Shown piece by piece: positions 28,183-43,670 of a stretch of DNA of 64,000 nucleotides. This DNA comes from the human T2T-CHM13v2.0 reference genome, Homo sapiens. A program made the position numbers and the translations under genes. The stretch is taken from assembly GCF_009914755.1 (NCBI RefSeq), contig NC_060928.1; one strand, written 5' to 3'. The notes under the pieces were generated by a model. It ran no database searches and was not told the origin of the DNA. It saw nothing but the letters and a program-made list of their open reading frames with translations. The first letter of the stretch is position 1, and the number at the start of each line of letters is the position of its first letter.

Positions 28183-28251
28183 CGGGATGGACATATTTTT
28201 TAAAAGGGCAAAAAGGTAGATATGTAAAATCTCATTTATGTAAAAAAGAAT

Positions 28252-28937
28252 CTACTATTTCATCAATTCAAAGGCAGCTTTTTCCCCTGTATTTTAACAG
28301 CTCTGAAGTTAGAATGTGTCTTGAAATTGCTATTGAACAAGTGACAATTATGATATAGTTGTCATTGCCATGCTTGATATTGTTCCTAACTATTCATATA
28401 TCACTTCAACTGAATTATGTGTATCATTGGTTCTAGATCCTTTGATTTTAAACACCAATTACAGTTTTTTAAAAGGTTAGAGTATGACTTGGCATCAAAA
28501 CAGAGTTACTGTATACTTGGAAAGGCACAGGACTGAGAAATACATTTTATATCAATGAGGCCAATATTCAGTGTTGGAAAGGAGAAATAAGTATGATTCT
28601 ATGTTTTCTCAGAAAGCAACAACCAAGTGCTTTCTGTGACTTAAGAAAGGAAGATATCTACAAGTAGGTGATGTTGTTACATTTTGTTCCTGAGATATAT
28701 GCAAGGAATTGCCTAAAACATGACAAATCATACAGCTAAAGGTGGAGAAATCACCAAATCCCTTGTAACTGAGGAGAAACATCTTAAAGCAACAAGCTGA
28801 TGTAACTGATTCATGCATGCCATTAAGAATATCATTAATTTTTGTGTTACGGTGTTTCTCTTTCCTAATAGTATACAAAGTAATGGTGCATGGGCATTTT
28901 ATAGTCAACAGCATTTTAGATTCAATGATTTGTAGTA
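28252..28937 (+). mobile_element. Tc1/mariner Tc2-group DNA transposon relic (Kanga-like)
   Basis: Degenerate inverted termini (tactatttcatcaattc... / ...ttagattcaatgatttgtagta) and a decayed transposase N-terminal-like segment at ~28465-28585. Subfamily from memory. Confidence 0.5.
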
Positions 28938-29102
28938 TATGAGTTCTGCATATAGGTAAATAGAAAAAGGCCTGGAAGAATTACACATCAGACTGTTAAT
29001 AGTGATAATATCTGACTTTGGGACTACCAGTGATTTTTTTCCTCTTTATTGTTTATTTTTAATTTTCTACAATCAAAACATTGCTCACATAATTAAAATT
29101 AA

Positions 29103-29508
<406 letters not shown>

Positions 29509-31649
29509 TGAATGAAGTGGAGGATATCCTCAAACAAGACCTTGGTTCCAATCCTAGTTATGCTTCATATGTATGTTCTTAAGCAAGCTATGTAACGGCC
29601 TTGTGCTTAAATTCTCCCAACTATGAAATTGGGTGTATGATACTCTTTCACAGGGCTATTCTGAAACTCTTAAGGGTTTTCAAAGTTTTGTGCAACATCA
29701 GTTTCCATGGATGTTAAGTTTCTGTGTGTGTGGTTTAGGGAAAGAAAGCAGGTATTCTAAGGTTTAATAACCTTGGAAAATTCTGGGTTCAACAAAGTTA
29801 ACCTGATTCCTCTCAAAATTTCTTAGAATTTATATTTGCTAATGTGCACAATGAACTTCCAAGAAGGGCTATCGTGAGGAAGCATCTCTTGGAACTAGTG
29901 TTTTGTGTAATGCCAAGATATATTGATAGTATTGTCTGTATCTTCCTCCAGGAAGTTTCTGAAAGGTTGACTTACTGGTAAAAATGGCATCCATTATTGT
30001 CTCCAGTCGTCCCCGCTCTTCAGCTTCTAAAATACTCTCTTTAGGTTCCAACCTTGCTTGAAACTCCATTTTAGACTTTTAAAAATAAACTCCTCCCTTG
30101 ATCTGCCAGGAGTTAGTCCTTTGTCCTGCTTCTCTAAGGAAGGTATTCTTCTCCCGTTTGCTGTTCTGTGACAATGCAAGTGCAGCCCAGCTGTTTGCTT
30201 CATGAGGTTGTGCCCTTGAGACTTGAGCCAACATTTGAGTCCCTAGTGCTGGGCAGAGTAGTAGCTCAACAAATGTGTCCTTTCCCAGCACAGCAGTTTC
30301 AGTGGGAAAAGTGCTGGTTCTAGAACTATTTTCTTCCCCTGAGAACAGTATCTGTCAGTGTATTCTGAAAAGCATCTTGTTCTTGATTTAAGTCATACAA
30401 AGATGGCTACACAGTAATTTTAGTAAATGTAAGGTACTCTTGTACAAATGATGAACAAGACATCCTAAAATCCAAAAAACCAAAAAATAAAAAAGCAACC
30501 TTTTCCAGCATTTCTTCTAGTTAGAACTATCTCCCTCTGACCTCAAATCAGTTAGGTTTTATCATTGGCAGAGATATTTGGGGAAGGGCTCTGATATATT
30601 ATGGTCCTAAGAGCAGTGAGCTTGCCGTTGAGGTGGAAAGATCAATGCCTCCCTCCCGTGGGCTTTCATATAAAGAGCCCTGGCCTGGGGGTTGGAAGAC
30701 AAAGAGTTCAGTCTGTGTTGCCACCAACTTGCCATGAGATCTCATTGGGAAGAGGAGTGTTACCTGATGGCCATTCCTAATTGGTGTGGTTATGGTAAAC
30801 CTCAGTCAGTAGATTCTAGTATTTAAGTAAAGTCTAGGTCGTAGGGGTCAAGTGGTACCACCCTGAGGAAAGAGGCCTGAAACAGGCAGGGAAGGATTGT
30901 GGTTGTGGATGACCAACTTCAACTGAGGAGGAACCGGCCATCGTTGTAAGCCACATCGCCCTCAGTCACAGGGCATGCTGCTGCCTTCACTAAGTCTTGT
31001 GTGATCCTCCTAGCCTTGTCTCAACTCCGGGTTGGGAAGAGCAGATGGGCTCTTGTTCAGGTTGCTCATGGAGAAGCAGTGAGGCAGTGGCAGTGGTAAC
31101 AAGCCAAGGCCTGAGAAATGTCAAATCTGGAGATGGTCTGCAAGTGCTTCTCAGTGAGTTAGTGGAAGCTACTGGATTTTAGGCTGGATATTTTTTTTGG
31201 AGTCAGGGACTGTCCTGTAAATTGCAGGATGTTTGGCATTCCTGACCTCCTTCCTTCTGCTCGATACTAGTGGTAGCAAATCATTGTGATGACTAAGAAT
31301 TGCTTCCACCTGTTTCCAAAGTCTTGTATTAGAACCATTGGAAGGTATGTGGTCTAACTGACTTCCCCATCATAAAATTTTTCATTTATTTCCACGATTT
31401 AGTTCCAGTTTTATCGAGAGGCAGCATTTCTTCACACTCCAACTACTCGGTCCCTATAGGGTCATGCCCACAGCAGCCATTACTAAACTGAATAACATCA
31501 GTGTCACAGTAAGACTGCAATTTCAGCATGCACTCCTGGTGAACCAATCTAAAACTGACAGTGCAAAGACTGTGACCAAAGGAATCAGGAACCTTGGAAA
31601 CTAGTTCAGCTTCTACCCTTTTACTTTTTACATTTTTTACTTATATTTT

Positions 31650-32140
31650 GTATTTTAGATTTGGTTTTCTGTTCCTGAGTAAATTCACTTAGAATAATGG
31701 CCTGCAGCTGCATCAGTGTTGCTGTAAAGGACGTGATTTTGTTCCTTTTTATGGCTACAGAGAATTCCATGGTGTGTATGTTCCACATTTCCTTTATCCA
31801 ATCCACTGTTGATGGGCACCTAGGTTGATTCCTTGTCTTTGCTATTGTGAGTAGTGCTGTGATAAACATGTAAGTGCAGATGTCTTTTTGGTAGAACAAT
31901 TTACTTTCCTTTGGGCATATACCTGGTAATGGGATTGCTGGGTCAAACGGTAATTAATTTTAATTTTTTGAGAAATCTCCAAACTGCTTTTCACAAGAGC
32001 TGAACTAATTTACAGTCCTACCAACAGTGTATAAGCATTCCCTTTTCTCGCCAACATCTGTTATTTTTTGACTTTTTAATAAAAGCCATTCTAACTGGTG
32101 TGAGATGGTACATCACTGTGGCTTTGATTTGCATTTCTTA
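31650..32140 (-). mobile_element. L1 (L1PB-like) ORF2 3' fragment
   Basis: ORF 31621..31899 KDICTYMFITALLTIAKTRNQPRCPS matches the L1 ORF2 end. Confidence 0.85.
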
Positions 32141-32429
32141 CTTTTAAGACAAATCACTTTAGATTTTTGAGTTTTGGTTAAAAATCATCCATATACATAA
32201 AAATGAGAAACTCTCATGTTCCTCATCTCTAATGGCCTTTCTGGATCTAAAGTTCAGTTCTTCCAAGTTCAGTTCTACCGAGTTCAGTTCTACTGAGAAA
32301 GGCCATCACTGACTCAAATTTGAATGTGAGCATGGAATGATACAGCTAAGACCAATTATTTAGAGAGAAGAAATGGTTTTCATGCAGACACATTTTAAAA
32401 CACACAAATAAAATTCTTACCACTCAAAT

Positions 32430-33701
32430 TTTGGTAAACATTTTATAATTTATATATAAAATCTCAGTAAGAAACCATGTAAAATGACAGAAATATCCAC
32501 CTTACATTAAGAGTCAAAATAAAAAAAAAAACCCATACACACTGAATGTAAATTTTAATTATAAAACAAGAATATGAACAAAACATTTTAAAATAATCTC
32601 AATTATTTGGCAACTCATCACATCATTGCAAGAGACAAATTTGATCGTAAGAAGTTTAATCTTATGAAAAACTGAAGTTGGACAGTTTGCTCATATGAGA
32701 GTTAAAACATGTTTAAAAAAACACTTGGCAATAAAGCCAGTTTCTATACTGAAATAACTGTGTATAAAACAACATAAAATCCTGAAACTGGATAGACAGG
32801 AGGGACCTAATCTTGAATGCATTTCTCTTCACTGAAAAAGACAATATGGAAAGAGTATTGGTAGAAGCTTCAGAACAGCACAGAAGAGGAATGAACACAG
32901 AGAAGAGGAATGAAGAGGGATTTCTGCTGCAGGTGACTGACGCAACTTTACCTGAACCAGAACCTGTTTTGTGTCAACGTGGCTGGTAGTAAAGTCACAG
33001 ATGCAAGTATAATCTAAAAACAAGTTACATTCTTAAAAAACAGAGCCACAACTGTGAACAGAAAAGCAATGAAGAACCTTTCTTTAGCTAAACTACTTTA
33101 CTTGGATACATGCGAGTTTCTGCCAGATCATATTAAGATAGTTACAGAGCAGGCAGAGTCCTAAAAAATTTTCTACTAATGACTGCATAGCATTTAAAAC
33201 CCTTTTTATTTAAAAAAAAAATAAAGTAAAATAAACAGATATATAGTAAAGTTCACAGATAAGTTTTCTCTGTAAAATAAATAAAGTGTTCATTGATTAG
33301 CATCATACATAGAGTAAAATACAACCTATTTTTACATGTTTATATACTATACACAGATTACCAGTAGGCAGCCTGGCGTCTGATGGGCTGGAGGGGTTTG
33401 CATTCATGATGTGTCACATTGGGAAATCCCAATTTTGAATGTTAAAATATACAACTACTTTGTTTTGAGTTCAGATACAAAGTAAACTTATTGTCCTTTA
33501 TCTGAAATAAATGTACATAATATCTTCTATGAACAATAGTTTATAAAGCTGTTTAAAACATAACAAGAAAAAGCTTGCACCTAGGGACTTACAGCACATG
33601 CATATCTTTTTCCTGGTTAAAGAGAAGCCTATGGCCACCAAGGCATGTCTCTTTCCTCTCCACCGTGTTCCTCCATAAGCCTAGGGCAGCAGTGGTCAGG
33701 A
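32430..33701 (-). other. BOD1L1: BOD1L1 3' UTR (distal end approximate)
   Basis: U-rich on the minus strand and apparently repeat-free. Candidate signals AATAAA 33205-33210, ATTAAA 32654-32659 and 32554-32559, TATAAA 32442-32447, with GU/U-rich sequence below ~32430. Confidence 0.7.
33205..33210 (-). terminator. Canonical AATAAA poly(A) signal (proximal, BOD1L1)
   Basis: Plus strand TTTATT inside the 3' UTR. Confidence 0.5.
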
Positions 33702-33819
33702 TTATCGCTTCGCTTTTTTCACAGGGGCTTCCTCCACCCTTTGCTGGCCTCTTGTTCGGGCCCCAGGAGGGCTGACTTCTCTCTTGCGCTTGATAGAAGG
33801 GGAGAGCTGTGTCTTTGAT
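33702..33819 (-). CDS. BOD1L1: BOD1L1 last exon (26), coding part
   Basis: ATGCAG|A, then SKTQLSPSIKRKREVSPPGARTRGQQRVEEAPVKKAKR and TAA (33702-33704); 118 nt. Confidence 0.93.
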
Positions 33820-35329
33820 CTGCATTAAGCAAAGTCAAGGCAATGGTGAGGTTTAAAAGCAGCTGCTTCAAATAACTTGGGAGTTCCTTAAAAAACAGAA
33901 GAGTTTTGAACTTGACAGCTAAGAAGAGAAAAACCCAGTAACATTTATACATGAAAAGGAGCTACCTCGCGAAGAGCTTGAACTAACTGGTTATTTGCTG
34001 TCAACCTCACACACAAACACAGGACACTGGAAGAGAAGTTTGAAGCCTGTGCTCTGGTTCCAGCTCTACCACACTCTAGGTGCTGATGGTGCTCAAATCC
34101 ACTTCCTTCTCTGGGCCCTAGTTCTTTCATCTAGAAAACAAAGACATCAACAGCGGGTCCCACCAATATACAGACTGTCCCAAGTTCAAACAACTAGCAA
34201 GAACACAGCAGGACTGCAATCTAGGTTGGACCAAGTGCAAAATCATGTTTCGTAGCACAGTATTACAGAAAATACCTGTGTTAGAAAAGGCACGGGAATT
34301 TCAGAAGAACATTCTAACCAATCTCCCTATCACCAGCATACCCTGTTGATATAGTCTGTGATTAAAATTATTTGTTGGAAACTCCAATTAATCATGTTAC
34401 TGTCCTAGAGATGTATGAAGTTCCTCTTGGGTCTCTGATGCTTTCAGGAGAAAATCATCCAGAGCCTTTTATAGTTCTGCCTTCTACTTGTGCACCATCT
34501 GGGCCTGTAGTCCTGCACCTTCCACATCACAAAGCAAGATGCCCCATCTTTGGAATCCCCCACAGAGAAATGTGACTTTATTGATATGAAGACTTTAGGT
34601 CTTTACCACAGCATTTACCATTGTGATTCATCTGCTGTGTTTTTTCAAACTGCAAGTTACAATCAATATTTTAAAACAACATGTTAATAGGACACAACAG
34701 AAAATACCACTCATATCACATCTATTAAATTTGACTCATGAAATTTTGTTTCAGTTACAGCAGCAGGAATGTGAGCACCAGCTGTATTGCAAAATATTCT
34801 TATAGTGGGTTGTTGCCAAAAAAGTTTGAAAGTCTTATACACATATATCTCCCCCATTAGACACGATGATTCTCTAGGGCAGCTGCTGAGATTTATTCAT
34901 TTTTCTAACTCCAGTGCCTAGTGCAATGCCCAACACATGGCAAGCGGGCAGTAAATGTCCTGTCAATGAATCAAAGAGTTGGAAAACCAAAATTGCAGGA
35001 GATGGAGAAATGGGACTCTTAGTGATATGAAGACACGTCTTCCGTTTCTTGTTTGACAGCAAAAGTAAATAAACTGAGTCAAAAATTGTTGCAGATGATG
35101 TGGTTTTGACATGTGTTGACAATGACTGAAAATGTGTTTGTTGATAATCCATTTCAAACTGTTTCCATGGAAAGCCACCAGCCACTCAATGAACACCTCT
35201 TCAGTAAAGGTGCCGTGCGCAGTATTGTGCTGGGGGCCAAGTGGCAGCCAACAGAAGCTCTGAGTCAGGCTGCTTCTCCCCAGCCATGTGAGCTTCGTAG
35301 TTTATCCAGGCCCTTCTAGTCCACCCAGA

Positions 35330-35475
35330 ATGTGGTCTGTGAGGAGGGGCATTGGTCACTGAGGAGCTTGTTGGAAATGCCAACTCTCAGGCCCCAGCCT
35401 AGACTTACAGACCCAGGATCTGCATTTTACCAACAGCCTCAAGTGATTTGACTGCATGTTCAATTTTGAGTAGTA
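35330..35475. mobile_element. MER5A-like hAT MITE
   Basis: gagcttgttggaaatgc...ctcaggcccca...atctgcatttta. Confidence 0.6.
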
Positions 35476-36392
35476 TGCATGGAAACCTTCCTGAGATTCT
35501 TTCCCTCACATATAAAATAAGAGTAACTATTACAATTCACTCACTGAGGGTTAAATGAGAGCATGTATGTGAAACTGCCTGGCACTATAGTTTGCTTTCG
35601 TTTCTAGAATGTGCGGAAAACAGCACATACATACAAGTATGCTGTGAAGATGAAAATGTGGTAAGAGGTCAAAACAGTTTTTGTGTACAGTGAAGAGTCT
35701 TTTATTTTTGAATATGATAATGTATAGAAAGTATGACAAATTCCTATCTCAAGAAAGAAACCTAGAGCTCAGAGGGGTAAATAAAAGGAATATACCAAAC
35801 CAATGCTATGTGGCATCTCAAGTGCCCAGTACTGACCAGAAGTGCAGCAAGAAGAGATGAAAATGGGCTGAAGCGGGACGGAAAGGATCTGACTTACTAG
35901 GGGTGCTGGTGGTGAGGACACTCCTCACTGGCTCAAGCAAAGGCAAGAAAGGAAGGCTCAGGACCACCTCTGGGAAGCAGTAAGACCAGTAAGGCTGCAG
36001 TGAAAGGTGTAAGCTGGCAGGGGCCGTGCCTGAAAGAGGAAGCTTTATCACCTCATCACCTCTCCAATGCTCTAGCTAAAACAGAAATGATTCTGGGCTG
36101 TTAAATGCTTTACCACACTGCCTTGCCTTTGGTCTTGGTGGATGGGAGAAGGCAGATAAGGCTCACAGGTGTCAAGGACAAGCCTGTGTGGCAGTCCACT
36201 GCGGCAAGGCCAGACTGGTGAGGCCACACAGACACCTTCTGCAGCCCTTCCTGTTCTTCTTGGAAACCAATGATCCCCAAAAACAGTTATTTGGTGAGAC
36301 AAAATCTTAAAGGAAATTAGGAAGAAAGCATTATTGTACCAAAAATAGTCTTAGGGGGTTAAAAATGGCTTGAAGTGTAAGCAGGGACTTAC

Positions 36393-36533
36393 CTTCCTAA
36401 TGGGGGAGAGTTACTAACTTTTTCGCTGGTAGGTAACTTCTCTTTTGCTAATTTTTGGCGATTTCTAGGAGAAACTGTGTCTGGGCTGCCAAGTTTGGAT
36501 GTTGCACGTGCAGATGGCTTGCTATGTTGCTTT
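36393..36533 (-). CDS. BOD1L1: Candidate alternative (cassette) BOD1L1 exon, in frame, 47 codons
   Basis: GTTTCAG|A...GGAAG|GTAAGT; 141 nt; phase 2 to 2; stop-free (R)KQHSKPSARATSKLGSPDTVSPRNRQKLAKEKLPTSEKVSNSPPLG. Confidence 0.6.
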
Positions 36534-37075
36534 CTGAAACAGATTATAGAAACACTGGGCAATGGTAGCACTGAATACTCCAGTCCCTGGAACTCTGTAG
36601 GAAGTATGAGGCTCCTTGTGGGCAAGTCAGAACAATAGGAACTAAAATCAGAAAAATGGTTGGTTTTCCTGACCACTGCTGATAAGTCGATCTTAATGTC
36701 ATCTACAACTACCTCTGCTTGTGTGACACTATCTTTGTTCTTACTGTGCATGATATTTTATTGTGATTTAGAAAAAAGATGTATCTGCGAAAAATAGAAA
36801 ATATACTGGCCGACAAAATAAAGATTACAAAAGAGCTCATCAGGGTAGAATAAAGGGCCAAGATTAACGAAAGTACAATTCACAAGGCTAAGTGTTAAGG
36901 CCCAAGTAGTCAACTGCACAAGAATCAGATAAGGAATTCTGATTCCAGTAAAAACTCTGAAAAAGGAACTTGTTTAGCTGGTGTATTTTTCAATTTGAGG
37001 CTCAGTAATGAGGATGCACACTGAAGAACAATATCCAGAAAATAAGGTAGAACAGTCCTCTTCTGGATTCATTAG

Positions 37076-37555
<480 letters not shown>

Positions 37556-38596
37556 TAATTTTTTCTTTTAAGAGGGTCTTGCTATGTTGCTTAGGCTGGT
37601 CTCGAACTCCCAGCCTCAAGCAATCTTCCTGCCTCAGCCTCCTGAGTAGCTGGGATTACAGGCATGAGCCACTGCGCCCAGCTGCACATTTGCTTCTAAA
37701 AGAGGATAAAGGTAACTGATGAGCACAAACAGGGATGATGAAGGGGCTCAATAAGCAAGCAGAGAAGACCTGGAAGCTGCCCTCAAATATGTAAGGCAAA
37801 ATTAGACAGAAGGTTCTGAAAGTCGAACTAGAATCAAGAGTAGAAGCCACAGGGAGGCCGGCTTCTACTGAACACAAGTCAGAGAATGCTAAGGAGGATG
37901 TGGCTTTCCCTGCCACTGAGGTCCATGCAAAAGCAGGAAGACCCTTTCAGAGGAGCTGCAGGTGCAGTGACTCAGGCACTGACTGGCTATTGGTACTACA
38001 TGACCACTGAGAGCCCACCCAACTCAGACAATTTGTAAAATTATGAAGACACCAGAGCCCTGGGACTGATCAACCAATGCCAAGGAATCTAAACTAGAGA
38101 GAAAACAACTCATTTGTAAATCAAAAGTTTATATTATAAAGTGCATGAAGGAAGAGCTTTGATAATCCAGGTGATTACAGAACCATATAAATCAAATAAG
38201 ATTTATTTTTAAAGAATTTATAAAAGGCAAATCTGAGAGCAATTTCTAGACACTCACTCGAAGATGGCTAGAAGGCCTATGGAACTTTCTCTGAGTTGAG
38301 CCCTACTTTCCACAACTGTTTTAAAGGGAAGCAGTAATTCTGGTGGGATGGATGCTATACCCAAATGCATGGGTGTTGGGCTCCAGCACCCTCACCCTCT
38401 CCTAGCAGCAGCAATTTGGATTCTGTGACTTCTTTTCTATTTATGTGAGCTGCTCCACCTAAAAAAACAAATATGAGACCACCTTATAACTTTAGCCGTG
38501 TGAGCTTCTAGAGTCCTTTGGCTCTAAAATCTGATTCTTTGAGAAATCAAACCATGGCACAAATGGCTAATACTGTGTTAAGTCTGGAGGAATTAG

Positions 38597-38915
<319 letters not shown>

Positions 38916-39071
38916 CCGATTTTAGTTCTTTATGTAAACACAAGATACTATTATATTATGCTGTTAGTGTTATTTTTGAAATAAATCTTCCTGAACTTTT
39001 TGATCAATCTTGAATAATGAAATTAAACAAGATGATACCAAGATTAATAGCTTGTAAATCACATTAATTAA

Positions 39072-39380
<309 letters not shown>

Positions 39381-39537
39381 TGGAAAATATTCATGTTTGG
39401 GAAAGTGATTAACGGTTAGGATGAGACAATACAGTTATGTACCATTTCTCAAATGTGCCATGGGGAAAGGAACACTGGATGATGTGAACAGGTATAATGA
39501 TATAGGCCAACAACAGAAAAGTGGTATCAGCAAATAA

Positions 39538-39896
<359 letters not shown>

Positions 39897-40534
39897 CTGG
39901 AGTTTGCCAAACCCTTAATATTTTAATGAACATGTAACTGAGGAAGGAGAGAGAATTCAATGACATTCCCAAACTCATCTGACCGTGGTACTCTTTTTCT
40001 CAGAGGTTTCTGGCTACAATAGGGTTTGAGAGAACACATTTTGGGAAATATATGAAATTACCTCAAAAATGGTCAAATTTGGGCACTTTCCTATGATCAA
40101 CCTATTGCATAGCACTGGTGAGATGCATGTGATGACGGTGCGTGGGCCTGGTTCCTCCTGCTTTCTGGGTTGAATTAAGTATGCTGAGAGCAGGGATGAT
40201 GTTTTATGTATGTCCATATTCATGAATGGTGCTCAATACGACATCTGAAGGATGGCAGATGCTCAAAAAATATATTTGTAAGGAATTGAATGGGTTCCAC
40301 CAAATAGGCATTTAAAACCTGGTAAAGACTTTGAGGCAATCCCCCAAAATGGTTTAGGACAGAAAATGTGTTCTCCAAGAACTATGTGCCCACTGCTAAC
40401 AATAAAAATGAAAGGGAAGAACTTCCACTGCAGCATGAATGATTCAGTTCAAAGAGAATCCCAGAAAACCCAGAGCAGTTTTCAGATGGAGAAGCTGGTG
40501 AAGGTCTCTGGCAGCTCTGTGCTGCCCCCATTAC

Positions 40535-40688
40535 CTCTGAGCCTCTGATCTGGTGGTGGATCTTGTGGTGGCTCCTGAAGGCTCGTCCTCTTCCTCTTCT
40601 TCCTCTTCCTCATCAGACTCCTGCTCTTTCTTGTCCTCCACTGGATCAGAAACTGATTTCTGGCGTTTTCTTTCTGGCTCTGAGGATT
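40535..40688 (-). CDS. BOD1L1: BOD1L1 exon 25 (poly-Glu tract)
   Basis: GAACAG|AA...CAGAG|GTAATG; 154 nt; (E)SSEPERKRQKSVSDPVEDKKEQESDEEEEEEEEDEPSGATTRSTTRSEAQ; phase 1 to 2. Confidence 0.92.
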
Positions 40689-41099
40689 CTGTTCAAATAG
40701 AAGGGTAACACCTGGATTTTACAATTCCCAAAGATACTTCCAAGAGAGAGAGTCATGGAGTTTAGAACTTAGGATATTAGGGACTTGGAGGCAGAGAAAT
40801 GGTTTTCCACTTCCTTTTTGTTTCAGCACTTGCAATTCACAACTGTTTAACTTAATCTCAAACACATTTTGGATAGTTTACATATGCAGTTCACAGCCAG
40901 CGTTCATAAAAAATTGACATGTACTCAGAAAAGCATCTGGGATGTACCATTTCTGACACGGGATTAGACCTATTTCACACATATTTATATAATATTAATA
41001 TTAGCTGTACCCATTGGATTTTTCCTCATTCAAAGAAAAACTCTTTAAAAAGGTGGTTTTGAAACAATAAGACTTATTAAGAATTTGCTAGAAACATAC

Positions 41100-41184
41100 C
41101 AGCATCATCTGATACAGTGAGAGAACGTTTGGGTTTTCTTCCTCTCCGACGCACACTTGTTACTATTTTTTCTTCACCATCATC
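41100..41184 (-). CDS. BOD1L1: BOD1L1 exon 24 (AT-hook-like RRRGRKPKR)
   Basis: TTCTAG|GAT...GCTG|GTATGT; 85 nt; DDGEEKIVTSVRRRGRKPKRSLTVSDDA; phase 0 to 1. Confidence 0.9.
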
Positions 41185-41278
41185 CTAGAAGCAATAAAAT
41201 TAAAGTCAAAAGGGTGGTCAGCTGAGCATTTAAGTTGATTTCTAAACAACATATCTTGATAAGAAATTTAACACTTAC

Positions 41279-41328
41279 ATTGCTTATACTTCTTTCTTGT
41301 AGGTTAGCTGTTTCTTTATTGGATTCAT
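41279..41328 (-). CDS. BOD1L1: BOD1L1 exon 23
   Basis: CTTAAAG|AT...AAT|GTAAGT; 50 nt; (D)ESNKETANLQERSISN; phase 1 to 0. Confidence 0.87.
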
Positions 41329-41603
41329 CTTTAAGAAAAGGGAAATCTCTGCATTAATATTTTATTACTGTAAATTTAAATTTCAACAATCAGCCTGGCT
41401 TGTCTGTCAATGTATCAGTATTAATACATTGTTATACATTTCATCATTATCTTGTATCAGTCAAGCAAAGATAGAATCAGAATACCTAGCAGAGATCACA
41501 TTGGATTGTGAGTCACGAAACATAAGTTTTCATTTCAGATTTTATTTAAATTTGCTGACCCTCAGTTTTTTCAGCTGCAAAATAAGAAGTTGGATTAGAC
41601 TAC

Positions 41604-41906
<303 letters not shown>

Positions 41907-42020
41907 TAGACTACTCTTATTCCCTTTCAGCTTAAATGTTCTGACCCCAAAAAAGAAGAAAAAAGGGGGCATATAAGGAGCCCACAATATGTACCAGTAA
42001 CTGCAAGTTGGAATGATATA

Positions 42021-42242
42021 CAGGCGGAGCATCCCTAATCTGATGATCCAAAATTTAAAATGTTCTAGAATCCAAAACTTTTTGAGCACCAACATGACCC
42101 TCAAAGGAAATGCCATTGCAGCATTTTGAATTTTGATTAGGAATGCTCAACTGGGAAATGCAAATATTCCAAAATCTGAATAAATTCAAAATCTGAAACA
42201 CTTCTGGTGTCCTAGGCATTTTGAATAAGGATATATAACTGG
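42021..42242. mobile_element. Tigger4/MER46-like MITE, followed by an Alu fragment at ~42246-42410
   Basis: Starts ta|caggcggagcatccctaatc; homologous to the copy at 56683. Confidence 0.75.
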
Positions 42243-43624
42243 TACTTTTGTTTTATTTTTATGAGACAGGGTCTTGCTCTGTTGGCCAGGCTAGAGTGCA
42301 GTGGTGCAATTATAGCTTACTGCAGCCTCCAACTCCTGGGCTCCAGTGATTCTCCTGTGGAGGCCTCTGAAAGTGCTGAGATTACAGGTGTGAGCCACCA
42401 CACCTGGCTAATATGGACTTTTCAATTTCAGTGTAGCTCTGCAAGTATTATGATCCCAGCCTATAGTCTGAACAAACCAGGCTTGAGTAATCTGTTTAGA
42501 GTCACATAACTAACAAGTAGAGTGACAGGTAGAATTCTTTTGACTCCAAATACATCATGGTAGCTAAAAAAGTACATTTTATGACCTGTTTGTAGGGTGC
42601 ATACATACATTCTTTATGCATTTGCTTTCTGCAGATGTTACAATTTTCTGAGACTGTATCATGGTAAGAAAAGTAAAGATTAGTTCAATGCACTAGTTGA
42701 AGCTGAAATTATGGGGATGTTCATCAGGCACTCAAAAACTCAAAGGTACTTCTTTTTAGTGACGGTAGTAGTTGTCCTTTTTTGCAAGTTTAAAATACCA
42801 ATGAAGATGAAAAAGTTAACCCAATAGAAATGTCAACAAAGAGGACTGTCTTAAAATGGTCATCATTTTACCCACATTCAGAAAACATTCTGAATAACAC
42901 AGCTTTAATTGGAGTCCTTAAAGGGGACTGAAGTTATAAAGATTTCTTGTATGGATTCAAAATACTACAAAATTATTAATAAAAACTGGTTAAGACCAAA
43001 CGTGCATAATCTCCTTCCTCTTTCAAAAAATAAATGAACCTTAATTTACCAAGACACAAGAAAAAATGAAGTACGATCACACATAGTTAAATGTGGAAAC
43101 AACTATATATTACCTATTTGCTTTATTTGCTGATGAGAATATGTACTTTCTCAGTCTGACCATACTATTTATTTGATACAAAATAGCTGTCACATTAATC
43201 TTTGTTGTTGATATCAACACTTCAAAGCTCACTAATGGCACCTCTTGTTTTATGTAAAAAATTTTAGACCACAAAATGCATACATATACATTGCAAAAAA
43301 TATCTGGAAAATGCAAGCAATATTGACAAATAATATGGAATGCTCCCATTATTCCACCCTCCAGAGCTAATCATTATCAACATTTTGGAATATATTCTTC
43401 TCCTTGGAATGAGGAGAAAAATAGTCAAAACAATTTCAATTCTTGAGTCCTGGGCTCTGTAAGCCAATAGATACAGTCTCTCCCAGATACAAGGACAATT
43501 ATTTTTACCAAGGGGGCCACCCACTTCAATGAGAGGCAGAATGGAAGTTCCAAACCTTCTCCAACAGCCAGCCTCTCCTGCCCCTCCCTCAGATAACACA
43601 CAGAGGAATGCGGTAGGTACATAC

Positions 43625-43670
43625 CTGTTTGCATTACTTTCAGTTTGCTGCTAGATGGAGATTGTTCTAC
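43625..43670 (-). CDS. BOD1L1: BOD1L1 exon 22
   Basis: ACATAG|GTA...ACAG|GTATGT; 46 nt; VEQSPSSSKLKVMQT; phase 0 to 1. Confidence 0.87.
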
